From NCBI GenBank assembly GCA_002633005.1, contig NMRA01000020.1:397621-461620 (forward strand): 64,000 nucleotides of DNA. The letters are read 5' to 3'. This document shows, in pieces, positions 12,901 through 24,900 of this stretch. This DNA comes from Phoronis australis. Taxonomy: Eukaryota; Animalia; Phoronida. The position numbers and the translations under genes were made by a program. The first letter of the stretch is position 1. Each line of letters starts with the position of its first letter. The notes under the pieces were generated by a model that saw nothing but the letters and a program-made list of their open reading frames with translations, searched no databases and was not told the origin of the DNA.

Positions 12901-15900
12901 AGAATATCTCTTTCAACAGAATCTTTGGTGGTTAGTTGTACATTTTCTCTAAGCTTTCTCACAGTGTTAGTCAAAGACTTCTTGTTTTCAAATTTATCTC
13001 TCTTCTAGCTAAAATATAGTCCGACTTAAAGTTGTGCATAGTGATCTTTTAGGCTTAGCAGCTTTGTTTTCAGGTGGAGAAGGTAGTTGAACTTGGCCAC
13101 TTGTTTAGCTTCAATCACTCAGTTCCCAAGCAACAAGGCTTAGAATTAATAATATGCTTATTTGCTTTTCCTCTGGTAGAGCTGCTCTGCCCTCATGCAG
13201 CATCTCTGTCCACAGAAACACCGCCATGCTTTATGACTTCCTAATCTGTCTAACGGCTGGAGTGATTGTGTATTTTGTGCTTTCAAAGAACTGCAAACAG
13301 TAGAATGTAGGCACAGTAAAGCAGGAAGAAGAAATCTTAGTAAAATCTTACCAACAAGGAAAAATGTTGCCAAATTGCCTCCTTTTAACTGGATTCTCAT
13401 ATTGCTGTGAACATTCAAAATGTGTTTTTTTGTGTATGGGGTTCCTATGGCGCACAGCTTGAAAGTGATGAGTATTTTTATTTCATATTTCTCGTTGCTT
13501 GTGCAACACAGAGAAACTATACCAAACTTGTCCCCCTGTATTGTGTCACAAGTTGGTGAGATTTTATCAAGATTATGGTTATTACTATCGTGTCGATGTT
13601 GTTGCTAAAAATAATGAACTGTACGACGTGTGTTTTCTCTCGTAGCCAATCGTTACAAGGTGACGGTGTACACGGGGGACAAGAGGGGTGCTGGCACGGA
13701 TGCTAACGTATACATCACAATGTTTGGGGAGCAGGGAGACTCGGGCGAGAGGAGACTAGACACTACAAAGAATAACTTTGAAAGGAAATCGTAAGTAATA
13801 GGCTTGTCATCAATTTAACTCTGCACTTTTGAGGAGGTAAACAAATGCATTGCATGATGGACCTTCCAAAATGTCAACACTATTCAGTTTGTCAAAAGGG
13901 GATGAACAATGCATTGCTTAAGCAGCACTGGTATTTACCTTTTTGCTAGCGTGATACAATTTTGATGAATAACATGATAATTAGGATATGAAATTAGTGA
14001 CAAGTACATTAATTTGCAAATGAGGAAGCAGTGCTTGACACGTGTGTTGCATTGTGGGTAAATTCCTTCTAATGAGAGTGGTGGTGTGCTATTTCAGGAT
14101 GGTGCCATTCAAAAATAACATTAGAACACAAAAAGGCATTGGACGCTAGTAGGAAACATTCTAAGTAGAAATCTTTAACATCATTGTTTCAAATTCTGGT
14201 GGTCAAGGCAGGCAGAATTAACGAACACAATTTCGTTCATTCAAGGACATTTTACTTGATTTGACAACATGGTGTTGGCAAAACTTTTTTAAAAAATCCT
14301 AAACAATTCTACTGCTGAAAACTTCATCCATGCTACATGTAAACTGTGAGTGACCTTTCACGTTTGCACAGTAATACTCAGTCTGGGATTGCCATGTAAG
14401 GACATAGCAAAATTCAGCATGTCACTGTTCTATCAGCACAAGGCTGTATTGTTGTGCAGTTATAGTATGTATTATCGGGTTCAAGAGTTCAGGTGTCCGT
14501 TCCAAGAAAACTTAGCTAAGACAAATCTTAAAAAAATTCAGTCAATATTGTTTAAATAAAACCTAAATTTGGCTGGAGTCAATTTCAAGAAAAAGGTCTT
14601 AAGCTTGACTTTAGTTTTTTACCAATAAGTTTTGTCTTAATTTTGACTAACTTGCCGGATGTGGAAGTTTTAAAGTTTGGACGTTGAGACAAATCTTAGA
14701 CTTTAGTCAAAAAGTTCAATGGGCTCTTTCATGAAAAGTTTACCTAAGACTTGAGACAGAAATTTGATGTTAGACTCCCACTTCAGAATTGCTGAATAAA
14801 GATTTATTCAAGTAATTAGGAGCATGTTACACTGTACAAATTGTATAGAAATGTTTTCAGTTACTAGTAGTTATGTGTATATTCTCAGAGATTTTGTCCT
14901 TTTACTGATTTAGTGAAATACATTTTTGTTTAGAAATACTGAATCATGTAGAGTATAAGACCAGATTTCTGACTTTTAAAGTGTTTTCATTAAACAGGCC
15001 TCAATACAAAGTTTTTTCACATGACAGTTTTTAGACAATAAGTGTTAAAGCATTTTATTGTTTGCTTCAGAGTGGATGAGTTTATTCTAGAATCTCCCAA
15101 CCTCGGACCGTTGGAACGTGTCCGTATTGGGCATGACAACTCAGGATTGTCAGCAGGCTGGTACCTGGATAAGGTAAGAGTCCGCCCTACACTAACTCAC
15201 TTTCCCTTGAATGGCAGAATTCTTTTGTTCCTATATTAAAAAGCTGCCTTAAAATCTCTTATGAAATGTCTTGTGGTTATCAAAACATACCCATGCAGTC
15301 AAACTGATCCCAAAAAATTGAACCTGGCAAAAATTATAGTATCATCTTTATATTTTCTTCAATGACATTTTAATAACAAAAAACTTTTTAACTCTCATGA
15401 AGGTGATGTAAGGCATTTCTCAACATCAACCAAAACAAAATGTATAAAATATTATTTTCCATCCAATGGGAATGTCTGATTGTTGGTTCATTCAGTCTGT
15501 TAATCAGTGAGAATGTCACATGGTCCTGTCTCAGTGCTACTCTATATTGTAGGAGGAAAGAGTGTAGTCACTTTACGTATGATTGATAGTCAACCTTGCA
15601 TAACATGACTTCAGAAAACTTTGTTCATTATCTTGGGGAAGCTGAATAAAACGTTTGGTGACAATTTGAATTGCATGTAGGCACACTGGTGACAAAGTGT
15701 ATATAGTTGTTAAATTAGAAAACTGTAAACTGCAAGTGGTATGAAAATCTTCAGCATTACAAATCTATGTTGCTTTAACTTTTCTTTTAATTTTAGGTCA
15801 TTGTCGATGACATGGAGGCGGGGCGAGTGTTTGAGTTCCCGTGTTCCCGTTGGTTTGCTAAAGATGAAGATGACGGGCTCATATCACGTGACTTGATCTT

Positions 15901-18900
15901 AAACGTTGGCGCTGATGATCCGTTACCTGGTGAATGTCATTTTTTGAAAACAAATGTGATTTCAGTATTTTTATCCTCTCTCTGATCAACTCATTGTCAT
16001 TTTTTGTGAAAGGTTTTTGCTTGTCACAGCTACGTAAATTTCATTTCAAGGGAAAAGGGATGTTGTTTGCTGTTGTATCACGCAGTGAAAACATTTTGTA
16101 TTAAAACTCAATCAAAAAGATGTGTGTCTTGAAATTAAGAGTGGGTGTGGTTTGGATTGCTGCTGATGATGAGCAGATTCTTTCATCAACGTCCATTTGT
16201 AACAGATGGAACGTCCATCTGTAACAGATGGAACGTCAATCTGTAACAGATGGACTGCCATGTTATGTAATGGAGTGTTTCAATCATTCGATGACTTGTC
16301 GTGGATATTGTCGCTAAAGAAAAACCTAAAATCAAAAGCAATTCCATGACAGTAAAATCAAATGTAAAATTTCGTTTAAACTTCATTAAGTGAACAAAGC
16401 GAAGTCTCCTCGATCACATGCAAATGATTTTCTGGTATTGCTAACAAATTTAAAGTGCTAATATGTAAATGAATTGAAATGGCCTCAGCTACTTGTAAAT
16501 ATTCATGTGGTGGGGTATGGCAGTGCCATCTTTTATTCACTGGAGAAACAGATCATCTGTGTTTTGATCCAGTTGGTATCATAGTCAACAGCCTTGCCAG
16601 TTCTCATTGACAACGCTACTCAGAACCGATCAAGCCTCGAATCACAAAGGTTCCAATTTATCAATCCCCAAATTTTTCTGATGTGACGTGTCTTTCCACC
16701 TCTCAAGGTATCCCGTACCAAATTCATGTTACTACTGGCGACGAGCGGCAAGCGGGTACGTCCGCCCGTGTTTACGTTGTCCTTTACGGAGGAAAGGGGG
16801 GTACGGAGACCAGCGGCAAGGTATGGCTAGAGAACGGAAAGTTTGAGCGCGCACGCACCGACGTGTTCGATGTAGAGGTGGCTACGGAGTTAAGTCCCCT
16901 GTCAAAGATTGATATAGGTCACGATGACTCGGGGCCTGGGCCTGGCTGGCTTCTGGATAAGGTAATGTCCTGTGGAAAGTGTAATATTCTAATAAATGAG
17001 GAGAATCTCATCTGGCATCAAATAATCAAATATTTTAATTTATTTTTCTCTGCCATGACAGATGTACAGCGTAAACACCATGCTTTTTTGCCTTCAGTAT
17101 ATTCGCATGTTCTGTATTTTTTAAAGCTTTAAGAAACCTACATTCCACCGCAGAAACAATTTTTTTAATTTAGATGACTTACCACCGTAAAATTGGTCTT
17201 GTCTTTTTCCTTACTCAGAGATGAGAAGGAATTCTTGGTATTGCAAAGACCTGACAATTCGTTATTCCTCGAGACCCTGCTCGTTACTAGTCAGCTTGTA
17301 GAGTCATGCTGGCCTCAAGCAATAATGAACTGTCAGTTTTTCCCAAACCCAGACATTATCTAAAAATTTAATCAAGGAAGAATTTAAGACCAGTTTCGAT
17401 AAGTGATTCAGAAGTGAATAAAAAATTGGATTGTGCCATGGAGTGCAGGTTGGGTTTGTAGCCATTGTAAGTTCCATCTGATTGTCCTAGCATAAAACTT
17501 ACAAAGTCATCATTAAGACTAAAAGTGAACACACTGGTCACATGGTTGAGGATGAATAATTTTCCCCTCATTTTTGGACTGATTATCTTAGACTGAGCAT
17601 TTGTGCTCTGAACATGCTGAATTCTGAGTCATACTGTTTATTTTAAACACCATCTCTTCAGCTATAATCCAAAAGAAACTGATACCATCACCGAACAAAA
17701 TCGAAAACATTTCTCGAATTTACTGAATGTTTGTGCTGGTATTATTTCCAGGTTGTCATCAACTGCCCTAGCGCGGGCATTGAACAGACGTTCATGTGCA
17801 ATAAATGGTTTGCCACTGATGAAGGTGATGGCTTGATTGAGAGAACGTTGAATGAGCACAAGTCACTGAGAAAGAACAGGCACAAAAGTGAGTAATACAC
17901 TAAGTCATACGGCAGGCTTTAACAGCTTAGAAGTTGTTCCAGGGCTGGTTTCCGTAACAAGATCACGCCCATACTAAATCACACTTGCCTTGTAAGTGAG
18001 TAAGATCGTGACCTTGTTTCAGTATACTTGTAAAATGACGGCTACTGGAGTGATTGTTCAGCAAGGCTGGAATGTTGAATTATGGGACAGTTTCTGTTCC
18101 ATAAGTGGAGATTCTCATCGCAAGTGGCTCACAAGTGGCTCACAAGTGTTCTGCATTTATGGAATGCCGCTTTGGTTGGAGTTGGAAATTCATAATAAAG
18201 TAAACTGTAATTATATCGAATTCCAACAAAATAACTCTGTTTTGTCTTTATCCACTCCCAGTGACTACATGGTTTGTGTGGGTCTACACATCAGATGAAC
18301 GTGGTGCGGGCACTGACGCCAATGTTTACATGGTTGTCTACGGTGACAAGAAGAAGTCGGACACTGTGTGGCTAAGGAACAAGACGGACAACTTTGAACA
18401 GGGTCAGCTGGACAAATTCAAGGTCGAGACATGTGAAGTAGGCAAGCCATTCAAAATTCGTGTTGGTCACGATGACAAGGGACTGTACGCGGGCTGGCGT
18501 CTTGATCGGGTTAGTGGTATTTAAACTTGTTAGTAACTGGTATCTTTCAGTGACTGTGTAAAGTGAAGTATACCTAGTTACTGTGTAAAGTTCAAACGCA
18601 CTTAGTGAGAGGTCTCTTTATTTTATAGTCACAGGGTTCAAAGGTCAACACAGTCCCAGCCCAAACTGAGAACATCCTTAACGTAAACTGAAAGGAAAAA
18701 ATAAAATGCTCTCAAGATAACGTAAACAAACGATACAAACAATAGGGAAGTTCAAATAGGCTACAAAGTTTAAGGCAGCTAAAGAATGCTTACAGCAAAC
18801 AGATAGCATGCTCATGGTTTACATGACAAAGCCAAAAGCATAAAAGTAGGTCAAACATGTGGGCCACAAATTTCAAACTGGATTCTACACAAAAGTAGCA

Positions 18901-21900
18901 CAAATTGTCTCCAAAGATAGTCACGCCATAACCGAGGACGTAAGGCACCCATGGACGCTGTAACTAACTATAATAATAAACCTTAATTGCATACCACTGG
19001 GTTCATGCGACACTGAAAGAAACCGTCTTCTTGTCAGCCAAAAGTTCAGAAACTCAATGAAACAACAACCCTAGTGGCAAAACAGGATCATAACCAAAGC
19101 TAGCGTCATCTATAATCTTTACTTCAACTAACGGGGAACCATACATACTGTTTGTCGCAAAAGTACAATCTGGCAGAGAACGATTTCTATGCAACTGCAT
19201 TTCACATGACTGCGATTTTAACAGTGCATGTCGACATAATATGAATACTTGGTTTACCTCAGTATGCTGAAATACTTCAATAAATCAAGTGTTAGGTATG
19301 GCATTTGGTTGGTAAGTTTCCAAGACGTATTTTATAACTCAGTATTTAAAAGTGTTGGTTTTACTCAAATTACTAATTATGTAATCATCGAGTGTCTAGG
19401 ACATATATCATTCCATATGTTGTCACATCAGAAACTTGTCTAAAATGTCACTGCAGTTTCCGGATCCAGTGTTACAGCGCATTGATCGGTAGTTGTCTCT
19501 CTCATAAGCAGGTCACGCGACCGCCAAATTATGTAGCTGTTTTAGGTTACGTATATGTTACGAAAGCGCCTCATACTTTATGTCTTCTTTTAAACACTAG
19601 GTGGAGTTGGAGAATATGGCGACGAAGGAGCATTTTGTGTTCCGCTGTGGCCGATGGTTGGCCACAGATGAAGAAGATGGAGAGATTGTTCGTGAGATGG
19701 CAGCAGAAGGCAAAACTATCAAGAAGCCACTTCCCTGTAAGTAGGTTAGACAGGGACTTGGTGCCGGGATACATCTTGGATAAATCTGTGCCACTATAGA
19801 CGTCCAGTGTATTACTGGAGTTTTACTGTAACCAGTTTCAATATTCAAGCAAAGGTTAAGAACATGGTGCCATTGCTTTGGAAATGTCAGTGAATGAAGA
19901 AAGTTGTTTCAAGACATTGCTTATAGTGACTTCAATTGATTTTTATGAAACTTCGTTTATTTCCTAGCATATTTGACACTTAGGAACTTTTGTCTAGATT
20001 AACGGCTATTTTTAGCTCCTTCAGAATTTCCAAATTTCCCTTTAAACCCTAGTTTGCACTTTTGTTCCTTTAAAATACGCATGTTATAGTAAACGCCCAT
20101 CTACAGAAAACTTAATATTAATCTCTCAAAACAAACAGAATTTGCCTTGGTGTCACTAACAACTAGCATATCATTGTAAAATAAATTTGTTTCAGTATAA
20201 AGTTGCCATATGAACTGTTGTTACTATGTTTACTGTGATGACCTGGCTTAAAACAAGACTCTTGTACTTATAATTTTTTGTTGTGTCTTTTTGATAGTGG
20301 TCAAATATAATGTGACCGTTCATACGGGTAATAAGCGAGGAGCGGGCACTGATGCCAATGTCTTTGTTGAGCTGCATGGAGAGTTGGGCGATACGGGAGA
20401 GAGGCCATTGGTCAACTCATCAACCAATAAGAACAAGTTTGAGCGAGAAAATGTAAGGCGGACATATTTTATTATGAACTTTTATATGACCATCCTTGAA
20501 ATACTATCATAGAAATTTCAGAAAACATCATTCAAACAAAAATGCATAATGCATAATTTAAGATTGCCTCGTATCATTTAAATTTGCTGTGTCGACATAC
20601 ATTTCAGCTTGTCATTATTGTTTATATGATGCTATTTGGCAAAACACCTATTTTCAATATGCTACTCACACGAACTAGCTTATCTCGAGCTCTGAGGGGT
20701 CAAAGGTCATGCTAGTTTGTTTGCTTATCTCGGCAAGTGCAAAAGTTAAACAAATGATATTAAATACTAAATAGGAGGAGGTAAACTTGGTATTGAGGGA
20801 AGCTTGACGTAAAGAACACTCAAGGCAGCTAAAGTGTTCCATGTTTGTTGTATTCATGGCTCATCGGACTAGACTGTCTGCATAGTTAGCAGTGCTGGTG
20901 AATGCAGAAATCATTTCAGACTTATGTTCATTAGGTCACTTAATGTGGCCAATAGGTGGCATGCGGACCAGACTAAAAAATATTTGCGATTGTATTCATT
21001 CTGGACTTGTTCATTACTATGGTTAATTGTTAATCTGTCAGGTGGATGAATTTACTCTCGAAGCCGTCACGTTGAAGAAACTGTCCAAAATACGTATCGG
21101 CCACGACGGGAAGGGCTCCGGCGATGGCTGGTTCCTGGACAAGGTCATGGTGTCCGTTGATGGTGACGCCAAGAACAGTCAGGTGTTTGAGTGTAGTCGT
21201 TGGCTGGCGGTCGACGAGGACGATGGAGCTATAGTCCGAGAGATCACTGCTGGCGGGTCCCAGCTGCTAAGTAGTAAGTTTTATTGAGTGTTTCTGTCAT
21301 AAAAAGTTTGTCCTTAGTTGGATGTGCCAGCTCTTGACTAATGTTTCAAAAGGAGAACTGCTAGAATTGAGTATGTCTGAGACCACTGTTTTGACAAATG
21401 CCAGGGACTTGATGATTTCCAACAAAATCTAACAAATTCCACACTCATTTTACAAAGCTGACCTTTTGATTGTGTCCAGCCTCCATTTAATATGAATTTC
21501 TTTTTCTAGCCACCAGTTATCACGTGTCTGTCAAGACCGGTGACATCACGGGTGCGGGCACTGACGCAGACGTACATCTTAAGATATTCGGCAAAGATGG
21601 CGACACCGGGCAACTGATGCTGCGCTCATCTGACAATAATACGTCGAACAAGTTTGAGCGAGGGCGCATCGACATGTTTAAGCTTGAAGCAACTGACATT
21701 GGAAAGGTGGGACTATTGTATTGAGACACATTTAATCAATGTCAGTTTATATGTTGTAGTATTATTTAATTGAAAATTAATTTATTCTCAACTACGATGA
21801 GATCAAGTTTCAAAATATTTTGCTGGAATCAATTGAAAGTGGGTGCAAATGATAGATTGTCTTGATATATTGGGATTTTTTTTAATTGCTGGAAAAAGTG

Positions 21901-24900
21901 ATTAAAACATTAAGTATAATCATTTCTTTCTGGCAAAAACGATGTTTGAATGATGTTCTGGTTTCTGGATGTTGCAACTTGTTCTTGATCTGGAGCTTGG
22001 TCCCTTATGTCCAACAAAAATTGCTCTCCGTACATTAATTAGTTTGCTGGATGTTTTCTGTTGGTGATGAAGAACTCAATAAAGCTGACTACTACAGGTA
22101 ATTTTAATAAGATAATTTTTATTAAATTCTAAATTAATGTAGTGTGTCGAACTTGGGTTTCTGCTTATTTCAGATCGAGAGGATCCGTATTGGCCATGAC
22201 AGCAGCTCACCAGGATCAGGATGGTTCTTGGATGAAGTGCGCATCAATGTGCCGTCCAGGGGAGAGAACTACCGCTTTGCCTGCCACCGTTGGTTGGATG
22301 AGGGTGAAGATGATGGCAAAACTGAGCTTGAGTTGGAGTTGACTGAGCTAGAGAAAGGAGATGCTAGTAAGTATGTAGTGTAGGTAATATAGCTTGTCAA
22401 AAGTATGGTAAATTATTTGTTGTCTTTTGGTTTTAGCTTATAGTCTGCTCCTGAGCAGGCTACGGATTTCTGTCTTTTGGCTTCGAGTTGTAGGCAGATT
22501 CTGTGAATTTCAGCCACAGCCTGATTTCTTAAAACAGTCTTTGGTCATCCGTAGGCTAATTTTAGCCAAGAGGTTTGTAATAGATTCTTTAGGAAACAGC
22601 CCACCAGCTCTAAAGTCTAATCTGCAAACTCAGACACGACATTTTACCAATTAGGCTGCATGATTTGAGTAAAAGTTGTGGAGCGTGACATGTAATTGGT
22701 CAATTTTTAAGTATCGAGTATAAAGATTAGGCCCTGCCTAGACCCAGGTTTAAGTCCGATTCAGAGTTGTTGAAGGCGAGATAAAAGCTGGCAGGGAACT
22801 TGTTAATGGCTGGGCGAAAATGTCCTGTAGAATCAGTGACTCATTTTTGCGAAAGATATTTCCAAAAATCTTGAATTTCTCATTTCTGTGGGCATAAGAA
22901 TCACTTCCATTTTTATCGGCCAAATAAACAGGGCAAGATAATTATAAATTTATGTTTCAGAAATCCCGTATGAGGTCACGGTATGGACAGGTGACGTTAA
23001 GGGTGGTGGGACGGATGCCAATGTTGTCCTGCGTATGTACGGCGAGGGGGGAAAGACTGAACAGTTCAACTTGCGCAACAGGACGGATAACTTTGAACAA
23101 GGTCAGCAGGACAAGTTCAAAATTGAGGCTATAGACATCGGGCCGATCAACAAAATACGCATTGGACATGATGGGACAGGGATGTTTGCTGGCTGGTTCT
23201 TAGAAAAGGTATGATGTAATTGTCAAAATGTTCTTTAATATTTGAACTATTGGTGTTCTTCCTTTGGTGAGAGTTTTGTTATTATTCAGTTGGTTTGGAA
23301 TATTATTAGTGTTCTGCAAAATGCATGTTTTTTATGTAAGACTTAAAGAAATACCTGTGAGTGTCTAAGCAATGTTGAGTTGCTGTCTTACAAAAATTTA
23401 ATTTAAACACTTAAATTTGAATGCATACTACAAAGTTTATGAGCATCATGACGATAAACATGCTAGGTACTTTGTGGGACACAGTTGCTGTTAGCAAACG
23501 GCCACACAGACACGAAATTGGAGAAAGCATAAACCATGATTGTTCAGCATAGTTTTAACTTATTTGCCATAAATCTTTAAATTATTTTAACATGATATTT
23601 GTCAGGTGCTTATTCAGCGATACCCAGCGAAGAACTCTAAGCGGTTGAAGAGGCGTCTATCTTTAAAGTCGCCGAAGAACCGTCGCAAGTCACGTGTTGC
23701 GCTAAGTGATGAAGAGGAAGAAGATGAAAAAGGGAGCGGGAAATCGAGGCGCCAGTCCTTAAAATCGCCCAAGGATCGCCGCAAGTATCGTGTTGCACTA
23801 AGTGATGAGGAGGGAGAATCTGATGATTTGGATGCAGGCAGTTCGTCTAGTAAAAACAAGAAAAGGAAGTCATTTCTTAAGCGCTATAAAGATGACGATG
23901 GTGAAGATAAGGTGATTTTGAATGTCATTCATTTGATTTCTTCCCGCAATTCCCCAAATGCTTGCTTGAGATACGTACATGAACAGATTTTCCAGGTCTT
24001 GTTTTCTGAGGGAACGCATACTGTTTGTACACGTCAGTGGCAGTTTATTGGCACAATGGATTTGCAGATTCACCTAAGTATGCCGCTTAGAAGGTCGTGT
24101 TGAAAATTGGCAAGTACAGATGCGCCTTATGAATGCAAACTTTGCTGATGCTGAAGTTGATTTTTCTTGGCATTCATTTTTTCTGCGAATTTTGACCAAA
24201 TAAAATTTTGCATGTCCATTGTATTAACAGACATAATTTAGCATCAGAGTGGCTTTAACGATCCATCATTTTGGCGGAAATGGAATTTAGTTCATACTTG
24301 TGACGTGTGCTGTAGACGTGACTGGGAACGTGTTCCTGAATTGAATGTAGTTACAAGAACATTGGACGATGTTTCAGGAAAACAAAGATGGCTCTACTAA
24401 GGAAGAGATAGAAGACTACTGGTTCGTGTGTAACCGTTGGTTCGCCAAGAGTGAGGATGACGGTCAAATTATACGCGAACTCGTGCCGACCACGGAAGAT
24501 GGAAAAAGGTTGGAGGGACTTGATGGTGAGTGACATATAGTGTATTTTTCTGCTCAGTTATGTCCTTAGTACTGCAGTGCTCAATTTGATGACCTGCAGA
24601 TAGCCAATGCAACTTCAGATTGTGTTCGGTGACCTGGGAAAAATCCTAAGTTGCCAAAATTTGTTTCAAAGTTTGTGGAGTTTTCCAGACAGTTTTCTTA
24701 GTTTTAGATACCTTCAGTTTGGTTTACAATCGTTCATTTCATGAAATCGGTGCATTTGCCACCCTCAACAGTCACCTCTGTAAATTTTAATAAGATGTCG
24801 TTGATGCATAGTTTAAGATGCACTGTGTTTTTTTTGATTTAGTTGACATGGGTTTCCAGGGCCATTCAGAACATTGCCTGATGTAGTTTGCTTTCAAAAT

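Noticed and set aside
13122-13134. RFX X-box-like GTTCCCAAGCAAC in intron 8
   Set aside because: A single imperfect match in 64 kb cannot be distinguished from chance without conservation data.
16188-16254. Palindromic repeats as a CRISPR array
   Set aside because: Units are head-to-tail with no unique spacers, lie in a eukaryotic intron, and there are no cas genes.
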